A stretch of DNA of 58,029 nt from Basidiobolus meristosporus CBS 931.73. Lineage: Eukaryota > Fungi > Basidiobolomycota. The translations under genes were made by a program, and so were the position numbers. Under the pieces are notes generated by a model. That model was not told where the DNA came from. It saw nothing but the letters and a program-made list of their open reading frames with translations, and searched no databases. Location: the NCBI GenBank assembly GCA_002104905.1, contig MCFE01000558.1:1-58029 (forward strand). Reading direction: 5' to 3'. Positions 57,829 through 58,029 of this stretch are shown one piece after another. Position 1 is the first letter of the stretch, and every line of letters starts with the position of its first letter.

Positions 57829-58029
57829 GGTTAGGGTTAGGGTTAGGGTTAGGGTTAGGGTTAGGGTTAGGGTTAGGGTTAGGGTTAGGGTTAGGGTTAG
57901 GGTTAGGGTTAGGGTTAGGGTTAGGGTTAGGGTTAGGGTTAGGGTTAGGGTTAGGGTTAGGGTTAGGGTTAGGGTTAGGGTTAGGTTAGGGTTAGGGTTA
58001 GGGTTAGGGTTAGGGTTAGGGTTAGGTTA
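57829..58029 (+). repeat. Telomere (TTAGGG)n, about 33 units
   Basis: Uninterrupted GGTTAG repeats to the window end, with two TTAGG variants. Confidence 0.99.

Overview
This window is the right-hand end of a chromosome from an intron-rich fungus, probably an early-diverging lineage (inference). It has three zones. (1) 1-2840 is a CpG-erased repeat zone with a decayed CACTA/EnSpm-like DNA transposon. (2) 3001-50340 is a compact block of about 18 genes. Routine genes are eIF2B-delta, ATM1, an MSS116-like helicase, a ROM2-like RhoGEF, an FrnE-like DsbA protein, SLH1/ASCC3, an arrestin-like protein, a ZZ/EF-hand protein, MRP10 and a Yip1 protein. Unusual ones are an SDR with a frameshift, a DIS3L1-type exoribonuclease head-to-head with a GTPase-less HBS1_N/Ski7-like gene, a topoisomerase II paralogue with its catalytic residues replaced, a divergent intronless beta-tubulin and a secreted Gly/Asn repeat protein. 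(3) 50660-58029 is a subtelomere built from about 11 same-polarity retroelement units, ending in about 200 bp of (TTAGGG)n. Three unit classes share one 3' stem-loop tail: a LINE-type RT element, RT-less ORF1-like elements and a 523-bp SINE with tRNA-type promoter boxes. Most units are joined at a TAGGG/G-run. This telomere-attached multi-component retroelement system is the best candidate for an undescribed system. Exon boundaries, alignments and counts were read by eye; no searches were run.
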